Below are positions 1 to 12,500 of a stretch of 64,000 nucleotides of DNA, piece by piece (the first letter of the stretch is position 1; each line of letters starts with the position of its first letter). A program made the translations under genes and the position numbers. Source of the DNA: Halocafeteria seosinensis (lineage: Eukaryota); assembly GCA_001687465.1 (NCBI GenBank), contig LVLI01000098.1:1-64000 (forward strand), in the 5' to 3' direction. The notes below the pieces were generated by a model that was not told where the DNA came from, searched no databases, and was given only the letters and a program-made list of their open reading frames with translations.

Positions 1-288
1 AGCTACACGAATTGACTTATACGTGCAAGAGGAAACTAACAACAATATCCTCCCAATCCTATTAAGCAATGAACTGCTAGCTAGCCATGCGGAGGTCCCA
101 TGGGATGTGACGGAAACGGATACTGAAGTTCGGGTCTGCGTCAATGCTCTGAAGTCACTCGTTTATGCTGCCTCTCTCCTAGTGGAACAGCGGGCCTGTA
201 GCTGCCAGACACGGGCGCCAGCTGCTACCTAAGTGTAGCGGCTACCATCCAGCTGCCGGTGGGCCATCAGTCACATCTTCGTCGTCGT
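1..288 (+). mobile_element. Probable 3' end of a non-LTR retrotransposon (ORF C-terminus, 3' UTR and (TCG)n tail); 5'-truncated by the window edge
   Basis: Frame open from base 2 to TAA at 232 (...ASLLVEQRACSCQTRAPAAT*). Bases 184-276 align with the 3' half of the TSD-flanked repeats at 36339-36506 and 60692-60857. Followed by a CTTCGTCGTCG tail. No RT motif visible in the window. Confidence 0.5.
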
Positions 289-982
289 TCTGAGACCGTA
301 CAGCCTTACACAGCAACGGAGAACTTCCACGGCGAACGGATCCACTAACTTGTTTATTTTGTTATGTAGGTCCTAAGTAATCCTGAATAATACATTACAC
401 ACACTAGTGTGGTTCTATGGTAGCAGTCTTTGGAATACATTGGAATACCCCGGTGGGTAGGGAATCGGAATTGAGAATCAAGAGAAGGCGCGGTGAAAGC
501 AAAGATACACACACCACGGAAGTGACGGAAAACTGGTCACTTGGTCACAGTGCTATTGTACCGGCATCAAGAGGTAGGGCAGCACCAACGTATACCGGTA
601 CTGCATACACTACCACATATACATGTACAAGTTGTTCACACTCCGCTCATACTGCAGTACATTGGTGAATCCATATGAATTCGGCAGCAGAGACCAACCG
701 TGCATTAATTTCGAAGCCATTATCGGAGCACTACATATTCTAATTTTTTTTTTTTTTTTTTCTAATTTTGTCCTTTTCCCACATTGCTTATTACCTTTAC
801 CCGACGCTACAACAGTAGAATTCTCCAAACGTGAAGGTCGTCGTCTCCCCAACTTCACAAACGTGTCCTGTGACACCATGCACTCTGTATAAGCACTACG
901 AGGTTGATTTCTTCCCCGTCGAGATATGGTTTAGTTAGATCTGAGATTGTGTAGTTGGTAGAGAGGCAGATAATCAATTGAA

Positions 983-2713
983 ATGAGCATGACATCGTTG
1001 TTGCGTGGGGTCGCAGGATTCCAACGGCGACCTCCCTCTCGGTATTTCGTCGTATTATGCACCAAATACCTACCACTTCGACCTCATACCTCTCGAGAAG
1101 CTATCAGAGGGCAGCGCTGTATAATGGCGTCCCCTGCTGTGGGTGGTCGATCCAGCCCATTTGCGTATTTATTCGAATCTGAGGAGTCTCCAACGACTTC
1201 GTCATTACCACGTCAAGGCCAGCAAGAGAACTCCCATGACACAGATAGGCCATCCACTGAAGACAAACCACCGGAGGGTGGTCCCAAAGGGTCTCATCGA
1301 GCTAAGCGCGGTAAGCGAAAAGCGAATTCACGCAGATCGAGCGCGGGCAAGAAAGAGTCCGGCAAGGTAGAAGAGGAATTAGACAGCAAATTAGCAGCTA
1401 ATCTGGAGCAGTTCCAAGCCAAGCAAAAGAAAGGGTTTACTTTCAAAAACCCTCAACGGCAAATGCCACCGAGTCAAGAGGTGGCAGCTAAGGACAAGGC
1501 GAACTCGGTGGGGACTGGTCACAAAGGACACATTGCTAACACCAAGCCCTCTCACGACACCAGGTCCTCTCACGGGTTACTTGCAGCACAGTTTGACAAG
1601 GGGAATGTGGATGAGCTCAGAAGCGCCCGGGAAGACCATAGCCGATCGACAACGCCATTTGCTGAAGTTTTCAACATGAGAGTTGCTCAGGGGAAAAATG
1701 TAGAGGTAGTATATACTAATTCCGTAAGTAAAATGATGTTAGTGATTCCTTCATGTGCCGACGGACAACAATTCACAAGTATTGGAATATTCAGGGTGAT
1801 GTTGTCAATGAGTGGACAGAAAGTAGGGTTTTTAAAAAACAAGAAACAATGCTGGGTCTTGATATGGAATGGGATAATAGCATGAAGATGCAGAGACGCT
1901 TGGCCAAGCTTGATGCCAAAGAGCGTTCTCTAATCATGCCGTTTGACGTTATCCAAATAGCTACGCAGGAGTCAGTATTGGTATACCATGTCTCTGCGTG
2001 TGACACCCTTCGACGACAATTTGAAGGATGGAAACATGCTAAGTCCGTGCAAGGCGGAGCGACTGATGGAGTTGAAATTCCGTCAAATCTATCCAGGCTT
2101 TTCAGCTCAAATCGTAGGTATTTCGTAGGAATCGGGATCGAACACGATTGCTCAAAACTAAAGCAACTGGGGGTATGTGATCCCTGCAATAACAGCCGCC
2201 CGTCTTGACAAACACCGCAATGTGTGATTGCACTACAGCTTATTGATATAACCTACGAGGACGTCGAAAAAGATATTGAATTTTCAGGGGCAAGTGCAAC
2301 TGGCTTCCAACCGCGTGGCTTGGCCAAATTGGCTAGGCTACTGGTAGGAGCAAAGCCGTGGAAGAGTAAGTCGCTTGCCCTCAGCTCCTGGGCAGCTAGC
2401 CCTTTGAGAAGAAACGAAGTAGTGTAAGTATCGCTCGCTATTGTGCTTGTATCGCGCGGTCTTCCAAGGCGCTTCATTCACATTGCGCAGGTACGCTGCG
2501 AGGGACGCATACTACAGTTTAGCCGTATCTTATGCGCTACGTCGTCATATTGAATATATGAAACATCATCGTGGCGATAACAATAAGAAACCAGGGTCAC
2601 AGTGCGATGGTACATGCTACGAATATTTGCGCTCAGGAAGATTCCGTAGGCGAGCAGCCTCCTCCGATATGTCGAACTTCAAATGGATACGAGAAAACGA
2701 GCTGGTCGATTGA
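983..2713 (+). CDS. DEDDy 3'-5' exonuclease (WRN/EXD-like) with long low-complexity N-terminus; about 4 exons
   Basis: Splicing at 1724-1794, ~2173-2238 and ~2424-2490 joins LGLDMEW, VIQIAT, FVGIGIEHD, GLAKLA...SSWAASPL and YAARDAY motifs. Confidence 0.85.
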
Positions 2714-2732
2714 TCCCAGCGCCGCCACAAAG

Positions 2733-4551
2733 CTAAACGGAACGCCATAGCATGGTCGTCCCAATTCCTAAATACGTGCCGACGGCATAGCCAAGTACTC
2801 CGATTATCACGCCTGGGACCACAAGTTTCTGCAAGACACCCGAAGTAATGCCTGCCGCAAGTTCAAGACGAATATTGCAGGGCACTTACATTATTGCCGA
2901 TAGCATTAGTAATCATGGGAACGAGCGGTGGCGCCAGTATGCAGCTACATGACATCACTATTAGGGTATCCACGTCGACCGAGAAGATACGAGCAGCTAT
3001 TATATGCAGAGCTAGACCGAGAACCATAGTGAAGGCAACAAATGCCACGACAATCGGTGCCTCAACAAATACCTGCTTGACATTACTGATCATCCCAATC
3101 AGTGCTACGAAAATCAGTATGCTATACTGCCCTAAGGCAAAGGCGGGCTCTAGTTCTCGTATTCGCTTAACGTAGGACAGCAGCAGCGAAACGGTTGTAA
3201 TAATCAAAACCGTTGCCAATGTAGACAAACCTCTATCTTTGATCAGCATACCGATTCCAACTCCTGCTAACGCAATAACTATGGATACAAGTAGTGCAGC
3301 TGCTATTTGTGGAATACTCTTGCAGTTCCAAATCCGGATGTAGAGGTCAATCGTGGCATCTTCTACTGCAGTGTTCTTCGTTTCTTCTTCATGTTCTTGC
3401 TGGTTGCATGCGGTATTTTCGAAATCTTCACGACCTGGATCCCCCTTACATTCTGGATCTACTGAAGCCGATTGATTACTATTATCGCGATCTGATGCCG
3501 ATGATGAACACGGCTCAAACTTTGGATTCGTCTCAGCACGCCTCATTTCAGGATCGTCTGCTGGATTCTTTTCGGTAACTTCATCGCGTTCCTCCATCAC
3601 TAATTCGTCTGCATCTGGATTTGGTTTCCCAAATTTGTTATCAGCTTCAGTTTGCTTTTCTTGCTTCGGATCGACCTCTTCTTGGGAAGACTCGAATGGT
3701 GGCAACAACTTGGCAAGTGCCGGTTTAGCAAACGTCTGAAAAGCCGGGGCGAATACAGTACAAATGTAATGAGAGTACGGTGCATACAACATAGCATAGT
3801 AGATAGGATTCCACTCACAATAGCTGAAAATATGTATAAGGCGGCAATTCCCAACTCAGTCGTCATTGTGGCAATGAACAAATCTTGATCCACCTGCAGT
3901 CAACCATACAATCACGCGGTGTTTCGAACTCGTTCTCTCTCCCGAGCAAAATCTACACCACACGCTGTACAGTCGTCCGCTGTTCACTTACGTCGAGAGC
4001 TACCTGTGCAGCAGCCATATTCGCAGTTCCACCAGTAAAGACGGCTACCATGAGTCCTGCAGACAAGAATTGAAGACCTCGGCCACCCAAAGTCAAAAAC
4101 GGTGCCCCCACGTGAAATTCATTACCATACCTGCTACATCTGCAGCGGGTTTATGTCCCATGACGGAGCGAAATGTTAGCCATGCTAGGGAAGCGGCGAT
4201 CAGTACCGAGACCGCACCTAATCCAAACACTAGGAGACACCGTCCGCCCAGAGTTTTCAACTGGCGTAAATCGCATGAATACAACAGTAACGGCAGCGCT
4301 ATCCCCACCGTCACTTCAGACGCGAGTTCCAGGATGTCATTCACGGTCTTTGAGTGCCTGTTAAGCCCAGCGTTGCCGACTATGGCACCCAAAATACAGG
4401 AGACAACTAGGGGATGGCACCAGGACAAGGCGATTCCTAGCCAGTCCGAGCGATGTTGAAGTCGGTATTTGCCATATATGAGGAGACCTGGAATGACTGA
4501 CGCAAATACGAGACCAAACACTGCGAGAGCGACGTCCGACGCTACCACCAT
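2733..4551 (-). CDS. DUF819-family multi-pass membrane protein; spliced
   Basis: IALPLLLYSCDL, GGTANMAA, DVDTLIVMS and terminal PGVIIGVLGYAVGTYLG motifs; many hydrophobic helices; last exon ends at TAG 2733-2735. Confidence 0.75.
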
Positions 4552-6470
4552 CGGAGCGCAGAAGCACCTTGATGGAGAGAGAAGGCAAATCAACTGTACG
4601 CCCTCTACCTACGACACGACGTCCTCATCCACATCAAGATTGAATTAAATTGAATCGAATTGAATTGGACGGCCCACCCATTCAGATATTCTGGTGGATG
4701 CACATTTTAAATTAGGTACAACAAATACATTCAAAAGTTTGAGTATTGGAATGCTCTTGAGTACTGTATGCTTGAAGACGCAAGACGGTTGTACAGTACA
4801 ACAACACCGGTATGAACACCGGTTAGGGCCCTTCAGGAGTCTTGCCTTCAGAAAAAGAGATACAATGCTAGCAGAGAAACTCGGGTGACAAGGGGTGGAG
4901 AAATTCCTGGGTATTGAAGACAGAACATTGATCCGCTGATGATGAGTCAGTGATGACAGCCGAACTGTCTGTCACGTGAGGATGATTGATGTGAATCCAC
5001 TCCATACATGTACGGGTAGTGGCCGACAAATGTTCCCCGTCTCTGAACACACGACGTCCCTTGGATCCCATGCCTCGACTGTCCCCAAGTCATTCAGTCT
5101 GCTGCTCGTGACCGAGCGCCACGCGGGCCAAGCCCTGCTGATGTCTGCTGATGTTTTCCGCTCGTGCACTGTACCGGTATACCAATGGTATAAGTTCTAC
5201 GTAGTGATGTATTGACGACGGAACCATGAAACCGGAAGAAATGCTCTTAAACATAGTATTCCTCCGCAACCATAGGAAACCAGGCGTCCGACAGCTAGAG
5301 GAAGAAAGAACAACCACAACGCGACAAACCGGGAAAATCACAGAGCGTGATTCATCGCCTTTTCTGTAGCTAACAACCATGACGCAACCCACAAAGTGCC
5401 TATCGTCTTCGATCACCTTGCAATGGACGCTGATGTTAATAGGGGTTGCCTTCATTGCTGTCCGTCTTCGCTTGATATCTGATCCAGAGCAAAAGCAACT
5501 GGACTGTCCCCACCCTACTGAGCAATGCGTACTCTCTTTTCAGTGTGCTACTCCTCGCGTGTATGGATTTCGTCAGAAGGTACATCAGCTTGCCTATTCT
5601 TCTTGTATCTTGTTGCAATCTTATTCGGTTCGTCCTTTGATGGCATGGTTGCGAGGAAACAAGGTCCATAACTTGAAACCTTGTGACTACAACTACCGTA
5701 TACTTGGAAATTTGGAAAGAAGGAGGTGTTTCTTGTATAGAACGCTCTTGAAAGATCCAGTTACAATGAATCACCTTGCAGCGACTAACGCCGTACGGAA
5801 GAGCAGTGGCAAGCGATTTATAGGGCCCCTCAGTCATCTCTTGCTCAGTACCGAGGGGAACGTACACCTCGAAGTGGAAGATGGATTACATTCAGGGCTT
5901 TGTTGGATACCGACCAACACCGCTCATTGTTGGAACCAACTCGCCAGTAGCACCACGAGAACGGTGTTCCCTAGAAGTCAGATACGTTGCCCTGGAGGGC
6001 GCAGGAACGTATCGTCCGATCACTTGTTCACCTGTGCCCACGGACGAGAACATACTGCTTTCACGACTGTCAGCATGACAGCAAATGTTGTGGATCCACT
6101 CGATAGTGGCCGATATATATTTACCTTCTTCTCTGAACACATGGCGCCGCTGGGAGTCCACCTCTCGGCTGTCCCCAAGGAGAAATCACTGCTTGTTTTA
6201 TTCAGTTTGCTGATCGCATTCGCATCGTTCCAGGGTCTATCATTTAGTTGGGAGATTCCGAGACTTGCAAGTCCAAGTGATAAAAATTGTAAGGCAGTTC
6301 CCAGCAAACCTTTGGCAAGGATTTCTCGGTTGCAATACAAAGCCACAGTCCATACTCTGACGTGGCCAGCCCCTCCGATGAGAATGAAACGGCTAGCACA
6401 TCGAACCGATATAACAGCGCCTCTGGCTTGCGCACTGCGAAGTACAATTTTCTCGTCACACACGACAGTT

Positions 6471-8249
6471 ATGTTCGCGTCATTGCTTTTCGGTTGCATT
6501 CTTTCGAAGGAGGCCGCTGCATCAGATTTACGATTCAGAATTATCGGCGGAGCCGAGTCCTGCTTTAATTATAACGCGCATCAACGCCAGTTTGAAATGA
6601 ATTGTAGTGTGTTGGCATGGGGTGATCATGGCTATACGAATCAAGATTATATCTCGTTGAATGCGAGCGAGGTATTTGACGGTGGTCGGCAGAATGGGCA
6701 CATAATAGATCTCAACGGAATATCAGGTTTCGAAGGATTGTTTACGATACAGGATAGTGTTGCGTCGTTTGATCAAGCTCCCTTGATTCGTAATCTTGAT
6801 GTGAGGAATGGGTTAACTGCACAATTCGGTGGATTTATCGTCCAACAAGAGCAGAAATTCTTTGTCATAGATTCATGTAGCTCATCAGGAAATATTGCTG
6901 GTGGTGGTATTTGTGGTTGGAAAGGTGGTCATGACAATGGTCAAATCAAGATATCGAATTCGTATTCGACAGGGAAGATACTAGGTCTATGGGCAGGTGG
7001 TATTGCCGGACAGGTGGTAGGAATCAATCATGGGATTGTTAATATCACGGATTGTTATTCGACTGGGAATATTGAAGAACAATATGGAGGTGGTATTTGT
7101 GGAAATGGTGCTGGGCGTTCGAATGGTCAAGTGTATATAATTCGTTCCTATTCCACAAGCGATATCATTCCTGGTAGTAGATGGAGTGGTGGTATTGTGG
7201 GCCACAATGCTGGCCATCTTAATGGATTCGTTTATATCAAGGAATGTTATAGTATGGGACAAATATCTGCAGATTACAGTGGAGGGATTATTGGAGGCGA
7301 TACAGCAAAAAACAGGGGTGAAGTACATATCATAGATTGTTATACACGAGGAGCTATTAGGGGCACACAAGCAGGAGGTATTACAGGAGAAAGGACAGGA
7401 GGGAAATCAGGCCAAGCCACAGGTGATGTATACATCATCAATACATATGCATCAGGTGCAGTCACTGGTACGAATGCTGGTGGTATTATAGGGCACATAG
7501 TAGCTGAAGCCAATGGGACTATTCACGTGAAATATTCGGTGTACAATGGAAACGGAGGAGCAGCGTCGATAGTAGGAGTGGATAATGGAAATAAACTCGA
7601 GGAGACAAACAATTCAAATGATTTGACAGACATACAGGGACGACTGTATCAACTGGGAGGATGGCCTAATGACGTATGGGCTTTAGATAGAGGAGAAAGT
7701 GTCGTTGATGACGACGAAGAGGAGAATCTGCTGCCGATTTTACTCTTTCAATTGCCACCGTCATCTACTCCTTCACCGATGTCGACGCCATCAGTGACAA
7801 CAACAAGGTCGAAAACTCCTTCAAGCAGCTTTACATCGCCAGCAAGTGCTACTCGATCGTCGTCTCAGAGCACAACAGGGACTCAAACTGGAACGGCAAA
7901 CTCCACGCCAACTTTGACACCTACTCAAAGTTCCACTTTCACGTCGACGGAAACTAAGTCAGTGACTCCGTCAAGTACGTGCTCACTGTCAGCATGTTCC
8001 ACACCAACTTCGACATCTGCTGACTCGGCTTCTCCTACTACTAGTTCTCTGACTATGACAGGAACGTCATCGTCGAGCTTGACTCCAACACGAAGCCCGA
8101 CGCCGACACCCTCCGAAACAAATAGCGCTTCGGTTACGGATAAACCAGACTATCAGTCTCTCAAGATACTTGTACTGCCTGCTCAAAGACCCAGGCGCAC
8201 GGTAAAAAATTGGAAGTCCTCGGCAAGCAGTTCCAGCAGCCAACCTTGA
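6471..8249 (+). CDS. Secreted/surface protein with GLUG-like beta-helix repeats and a Ser/Thr/Pro mucin-like tail
   Basis: Signal-peptide-like MFASLLFGCILSKEAAA; repeated (I)xxCYSTGxI...GGIxG units; C-terminal STP-rich tract; intronless. The reported ORF extends upstream to 5379, but that part looks unrelated. Confidence 0.7.
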   Translation: MFASLLFGCILSKEAAASDLRFRIIGGAESCFNYNAHQRQFEMNCSVLAWGDHGYTNQDYISLNASEVFDGGRQNGHIIDLNGISGFEGLFTIQDSVASFDQAPLIRNLDVRNGLTAQFGGFIVQQEQKFFVIDSCSSSGNIAGGGICGWKGGHDNGQIKISNSYSTGKILGLWAGGIAGQVVGINHGIVNITDCYSTGNIEEQYGGGICGNGAGRSNGQVYIIRSYSTSDIIPGSRWSGGIVGHNAGHLNGFVYIKECYSMGQISADYSGGIIGGDTAKNRGEVHIIDCYTRGAIRGTQAGGITGERTGGKSGQATGDVYIINTYASGAVTGTNAGGIIGHIVAEANGTIHVKYSVYNGNGGAASIVGVDNGNKLEETNNSNDLTDIQGRLYQLGGWPNDVWALDRGESVVDDDEEENLLPILLFQLPPSSTPSPMSTPSVTTTRSKTPSSSFTSPASATRSSSQSTTGTQTGTANSTPTLTPTQSSTFTSTETKSVTPSSTCSLSACSTPTSTSADSASPTTSSLTMTGTSSSSLTPTRSPTPTPSETNSASVTDKPDYQSLKILVLPAQRPRRTVKNWKSSASSSSSQP

Positions 8250-8739
8250 GAAGTAGTGAGAATTCTACCTGAGGAAAATGCGTAACCCGATAGCAGCATG
8301 AGTGATATTTTTTACCGAATATTCTATCGATCAATTTTTCTCTATATGCACAGTATGACCCGCTCGCCTCCATTCTACGACAGAATGTACAACCTTCAGT
8401 AATTGCATTTCGTAACGTTCAGCGATCCCCTTACACCAACGGGAAGTCTTCATTGTTCTCGCAACTTGATAGGTAGGTGTCCACTGCTCGAGCAACCTCA
8501 TCCGCAAGTAACACTACAATAGTTCGGGGTCCGTTATCACTTTCCAAGATGGGACGAACGATGATGAGGTTTCAGAGACTTACGTAGTAGTGTTACAGCG
8601 CAGTTTCTCGAGCCCAAAGCTCTCTTTGGATTGCAATTGTCAGATAAGAGCATACACCATTGTTACTGTGTATAGTAAGTGAGTTTGAGAGCCAAGTCTT
8701 GGGAGATGTGGTTCCCCAGTCATGCGTGTACATGAAGTT

Positions 8740-8932
8740 GTCAGCTATCGTTTAATCTTATTGGATTCACGCGCAAGATCGGCTATGTCACCAGTCCGCG
8801 CGCCCCGACCTTGGTCCTCTGGAGCAACATTTCGAATGGTCAAGTCTATGTAGCTCGTTGCTACGCCACAGGAGATGTCATTCCTAATGGTCGTTGCAGT
8901 GGTGGTATTCTTAGCCATAGTGCTGGTCATGC
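8740..8932 (+). pseudogene. Fragment of a GLUG-protein paralog
   Basis: 8832-8930 encodes SNGQVYVARCYATGDVIPNGRCSGGILSHSAGH versus SNGQVYIIRSYSTSDIIPGSRWSGGIVGHNAGH at ~7119-7217. Confidence 0.75.
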
Positions 8933-9500
8933 GAGATATAAGTGGCACGCGGAACTATCTGGTGTTACAATGAGAGAAGAGAGTTGATGGTGACTAGGAA
9001 TATGGAGGAATGGGGATCGATAGCACGTAACAATCTGCGGCTCAGGAGTTCGGAGCCGCTGTCACCCGAGAATTCTTAAGATTCTCAAGAAAGAACGAAT
9101 TAAGAACCTGAACATTACCACTTGGAATATAAGAGGGATGACGGATAAGTGTACGGTGCAGCAATAGAATGGGTCCATTGCGGTGCTGACCCGGAAATGT
9201 ACCGAACCGGACCCAAACGGAGGACGTGCATGATGCATCCCATTGCGGACACGGCGGATTCATGCGAGAGTCTGAGTGGCAGCCAGACCAGAATTCCTTG
9301 TTGTGGGGATTTGCCGATCTTGTACTATATAGCCTCGGTACGCAAGTGAAGAGCAAAGGTACCCATGTCACATGTGGAATCCTGCATCGTTTCGTGATAC
9401 GGCATCATCGTCGTGATACTAGTACTTCATTTGAGTGAATTGTGACGTTTTCAGAGTATTCTAAACCAAAAATAAAGAAAACTTTCGTGTTTTAACAAAT

Positions 9501-12500
9501 ATGGTACAAGACGTCGAGATTCGTGTCATTGCCTCGGTGGGAGTCGTAGGACGTCGACCCAAGTGCGACTGACGGGAGACCATCCATCTCTTGGACAATG
9601 GGATCCCGAGCGCGCACAGGAGCTTGCGTTCGATTCTCCAACATGTACCTTTCAGGGGATCCTTAGGCTCCCTGTGGAGAGCGAAAACAGCTCCATTGAG
9701 TACAAATTGGTGCTGAAATCGCCTCAGAACACAGCCTGGAAGTGGCAGGTAAGGCCGGATCTTGGCTTCATTACGGCCTTTCTGGGTCCCGATTCCACCT
9801 TTATGCACCCTAGATGCAGCAAGGGGACAATTTGCGGACAATTATCAAAGATCTGGTCACGATCACCAACCCGGAAAAGGGAGGACAGCCTCGGTTGTTG
9901 ACGTTGGACTGGCAAGGTGCTCGTCGAGGAGATGACATGGTGGCTTCCGATGGCTATTTGGAGCCCTTCCAGGAGGCCATGCGAGTGCGATTTCAGACGT
10001 AGGTAGTGTTCATGACTGCGCATTCGAACACTGGCTCCTTTTGTTCCAACGTGAGGTGCAGATACACGAATAAACTGCATGAAATCAACGCCCACTTTGG
10101 CGGATTGGAGCGATTCTCTCGAGGATACGAGATTTTTGGGATTAATCGAGTGATGAAGGTAGGAGGGCACTTCCAGTGTCTATTTCGACTTACCATGATA
10201 GTTACGATCTCTGAGTGGGCAGGATGGGAAATACCCAGGGCTCTTATATCAGGAATGGGCTCCCGCGGTCAAAGCAGCAAGTCTTGTAGGTGATTTCAAT
10301 AACTGGGATGTCAATGCTCACCAATGCACCGGGGATGCGTATGTAAGTAACTCCCAAAGGATAGCATACAAAGCAATCAGGCGTTCATCAGACAATGCTG
10401 TTCTGAAATGAGATGACAGGGCTGTTGGAGTTGCTTCCTCCCGGACGACGAACAAGGTAACCCGGCAATTCCTCATAAAAGCAGAGTGAAAGTCTCGTTT
10501 GTATTGGAATCGGGTGAAAGAGTTTGGAGAATCCCCGCCTGGATTAGGTATGTTATCACATTGCAAACGTTTCTTAGGACACACATACCGATTATGGGAA
10601 ATACCTGACGCGCTTCCACACCACAGGCATTCAATCTTTGAACCTGAAAAAGTAGAGTACTGTGGGGTTCACTGGGCTCCTCCTCCTTCTGAACAGTACG
10701 AATGGAAGCATACGCGGCCAGCAATGCCTGCAGCAGACGACTACCAAGAACACTGGGGTACACCTATGTTTCCTCAGGTTAATTCTCCCAAAGGTCAAAC
10801 GCTATTGAGCAATGAGCCCTCGTATCTTTATGATATTCCTCCACCATGTTACCAAGGCGAGCAGCATGTCCGAACTCAACCAAGTCAGTTACGCCAAACA
10901 GAATTGGATACTAGCAGCAAGCCTCAAAAGGATTCAGCTTTGATTAATGTGGACAATTGCCACCGAAGAACTCCTCGATACGAAGGTTCTCCAGGACTAA
11001 AGATCTACGAGGCTCACGTAGGAATGTCGAGTCAAGAAGAGAAAGTTTCCTCTTACGACGAATTCTGCGATAATATCCTTCCGCGGATCAAAACATCAGG
11101 GTATGTTCTGCCTCTATTGTCATTTCTCGAATATATGATTGGTCAAGGGTGTCTTGTGCTCGTCTTTCAGGTATAATGCAATTCAATTGATGGCTATTAT
11201 GGAACATCCCTATTATGCATCGTTTGGTTACCACGTAACAAACTTTTTCGCGGCAAGCAGCAGGTGGGTTAAGCTGGTGTGTCCAGAAAGCGACAGACTC
11301 GCGTATTTGCATTGTTTATTGCACAGATATGGACCTCCTGAGTCGTTGAAGAGGCTTATTGATACGGCGCATGGAATGGGAGTGGTTGTACTTCTGGACG
11401 TGGTGCACAGGTACGGCACCATAGTAGGACTTATAGCAAGTTGGGGTTAAACCGCTGTTCTGTTTCTGGCAGCCATTCTCCGATGAATGTAAATGACGGC
11501 CTGAATAAGTTTGATGGGACGGATCATTGCTACTTCCACTCTGGAGAACGAGGTACCCATGAACTTTGGGACTCGCGCATGTTCAATTACAGGTAAGGAT
11601 CACCATTCCCGATGCGTTCTCTTGGCAGGACACTTTCAACGTCTTCATGACAGCAAAACGGAAGTACTAAGGTTCCTTTTGTCCAATCTACGATGGTGGG
11701 TCGAAGAATTCAGATTCGACGGTAGGTCTGCTTTTCGATTCTAGCCAAGAATCGCTATGCACTAACTACTTTCGCCTGTGATCATTCAGGATTTAGGTTT
11801 GATGGAGTCACCGCTATGTTATACAAGCATCACGGGGTCGGAGCTGCTTTCAGCGGAGACTATAGCGAGTACTTTAACAACGTAGGCTACTCTACTCTTC
11901 CTATTTCCCTCCAAGCATTCATGCATTTAGTATCATTTCATTTGCTGCAGAATGTCGACGAAGATTCCGTTTGCTACGTCATGCTTGCAAATACTCTCTT
12001 GCACAGTATATTTCCGCCATCGCTTACTATTGCTGAAGATGTGAGCGGTATGCCAGGGACTTGCCGCCCTGTCAGTGAAGGTGGGCTCGGATTTGACTTC
12101 AGGTATGTCTCTGAGGGTGTCATGCATGCTGATTATGTACGTTACGGGACTTTGTCTACAGGTTGGCTATGGCGATTCCTGATAAGTGGATTGAGCTTCT
12201 CAAAGAGTACAGAGATGAGCAGTGGGACATGGGAGACATCGTGTAAGTATGAGCCATACTTGCTATGAAATGAAGAAAACTGCTTTCATCTCAAATCTTG
12301 GAATTCAGATTTACCTTAGTCAATCGTAGATATGGAGAAAAGACAGTCGGCTACGCGGAAAGCCATGATCAGGCGCTTGTGGGCGACAAGACGCTTGCTT
12401 TTCGCCTCATGGACAAGGAAATGTATTTTCATATGAGCTGTCTTGAAGAGCCTGTTCATCCTGTTGTTGATCGAGGCATAGCGCTGCACAAAATGATACG

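Noticed and set aside
4636..4668. ATTGA-like pentamer run upstream of the DUF819 gene as a regulatory element
   Set aside because: Short imperfect microsatellite with no independent evidence of function
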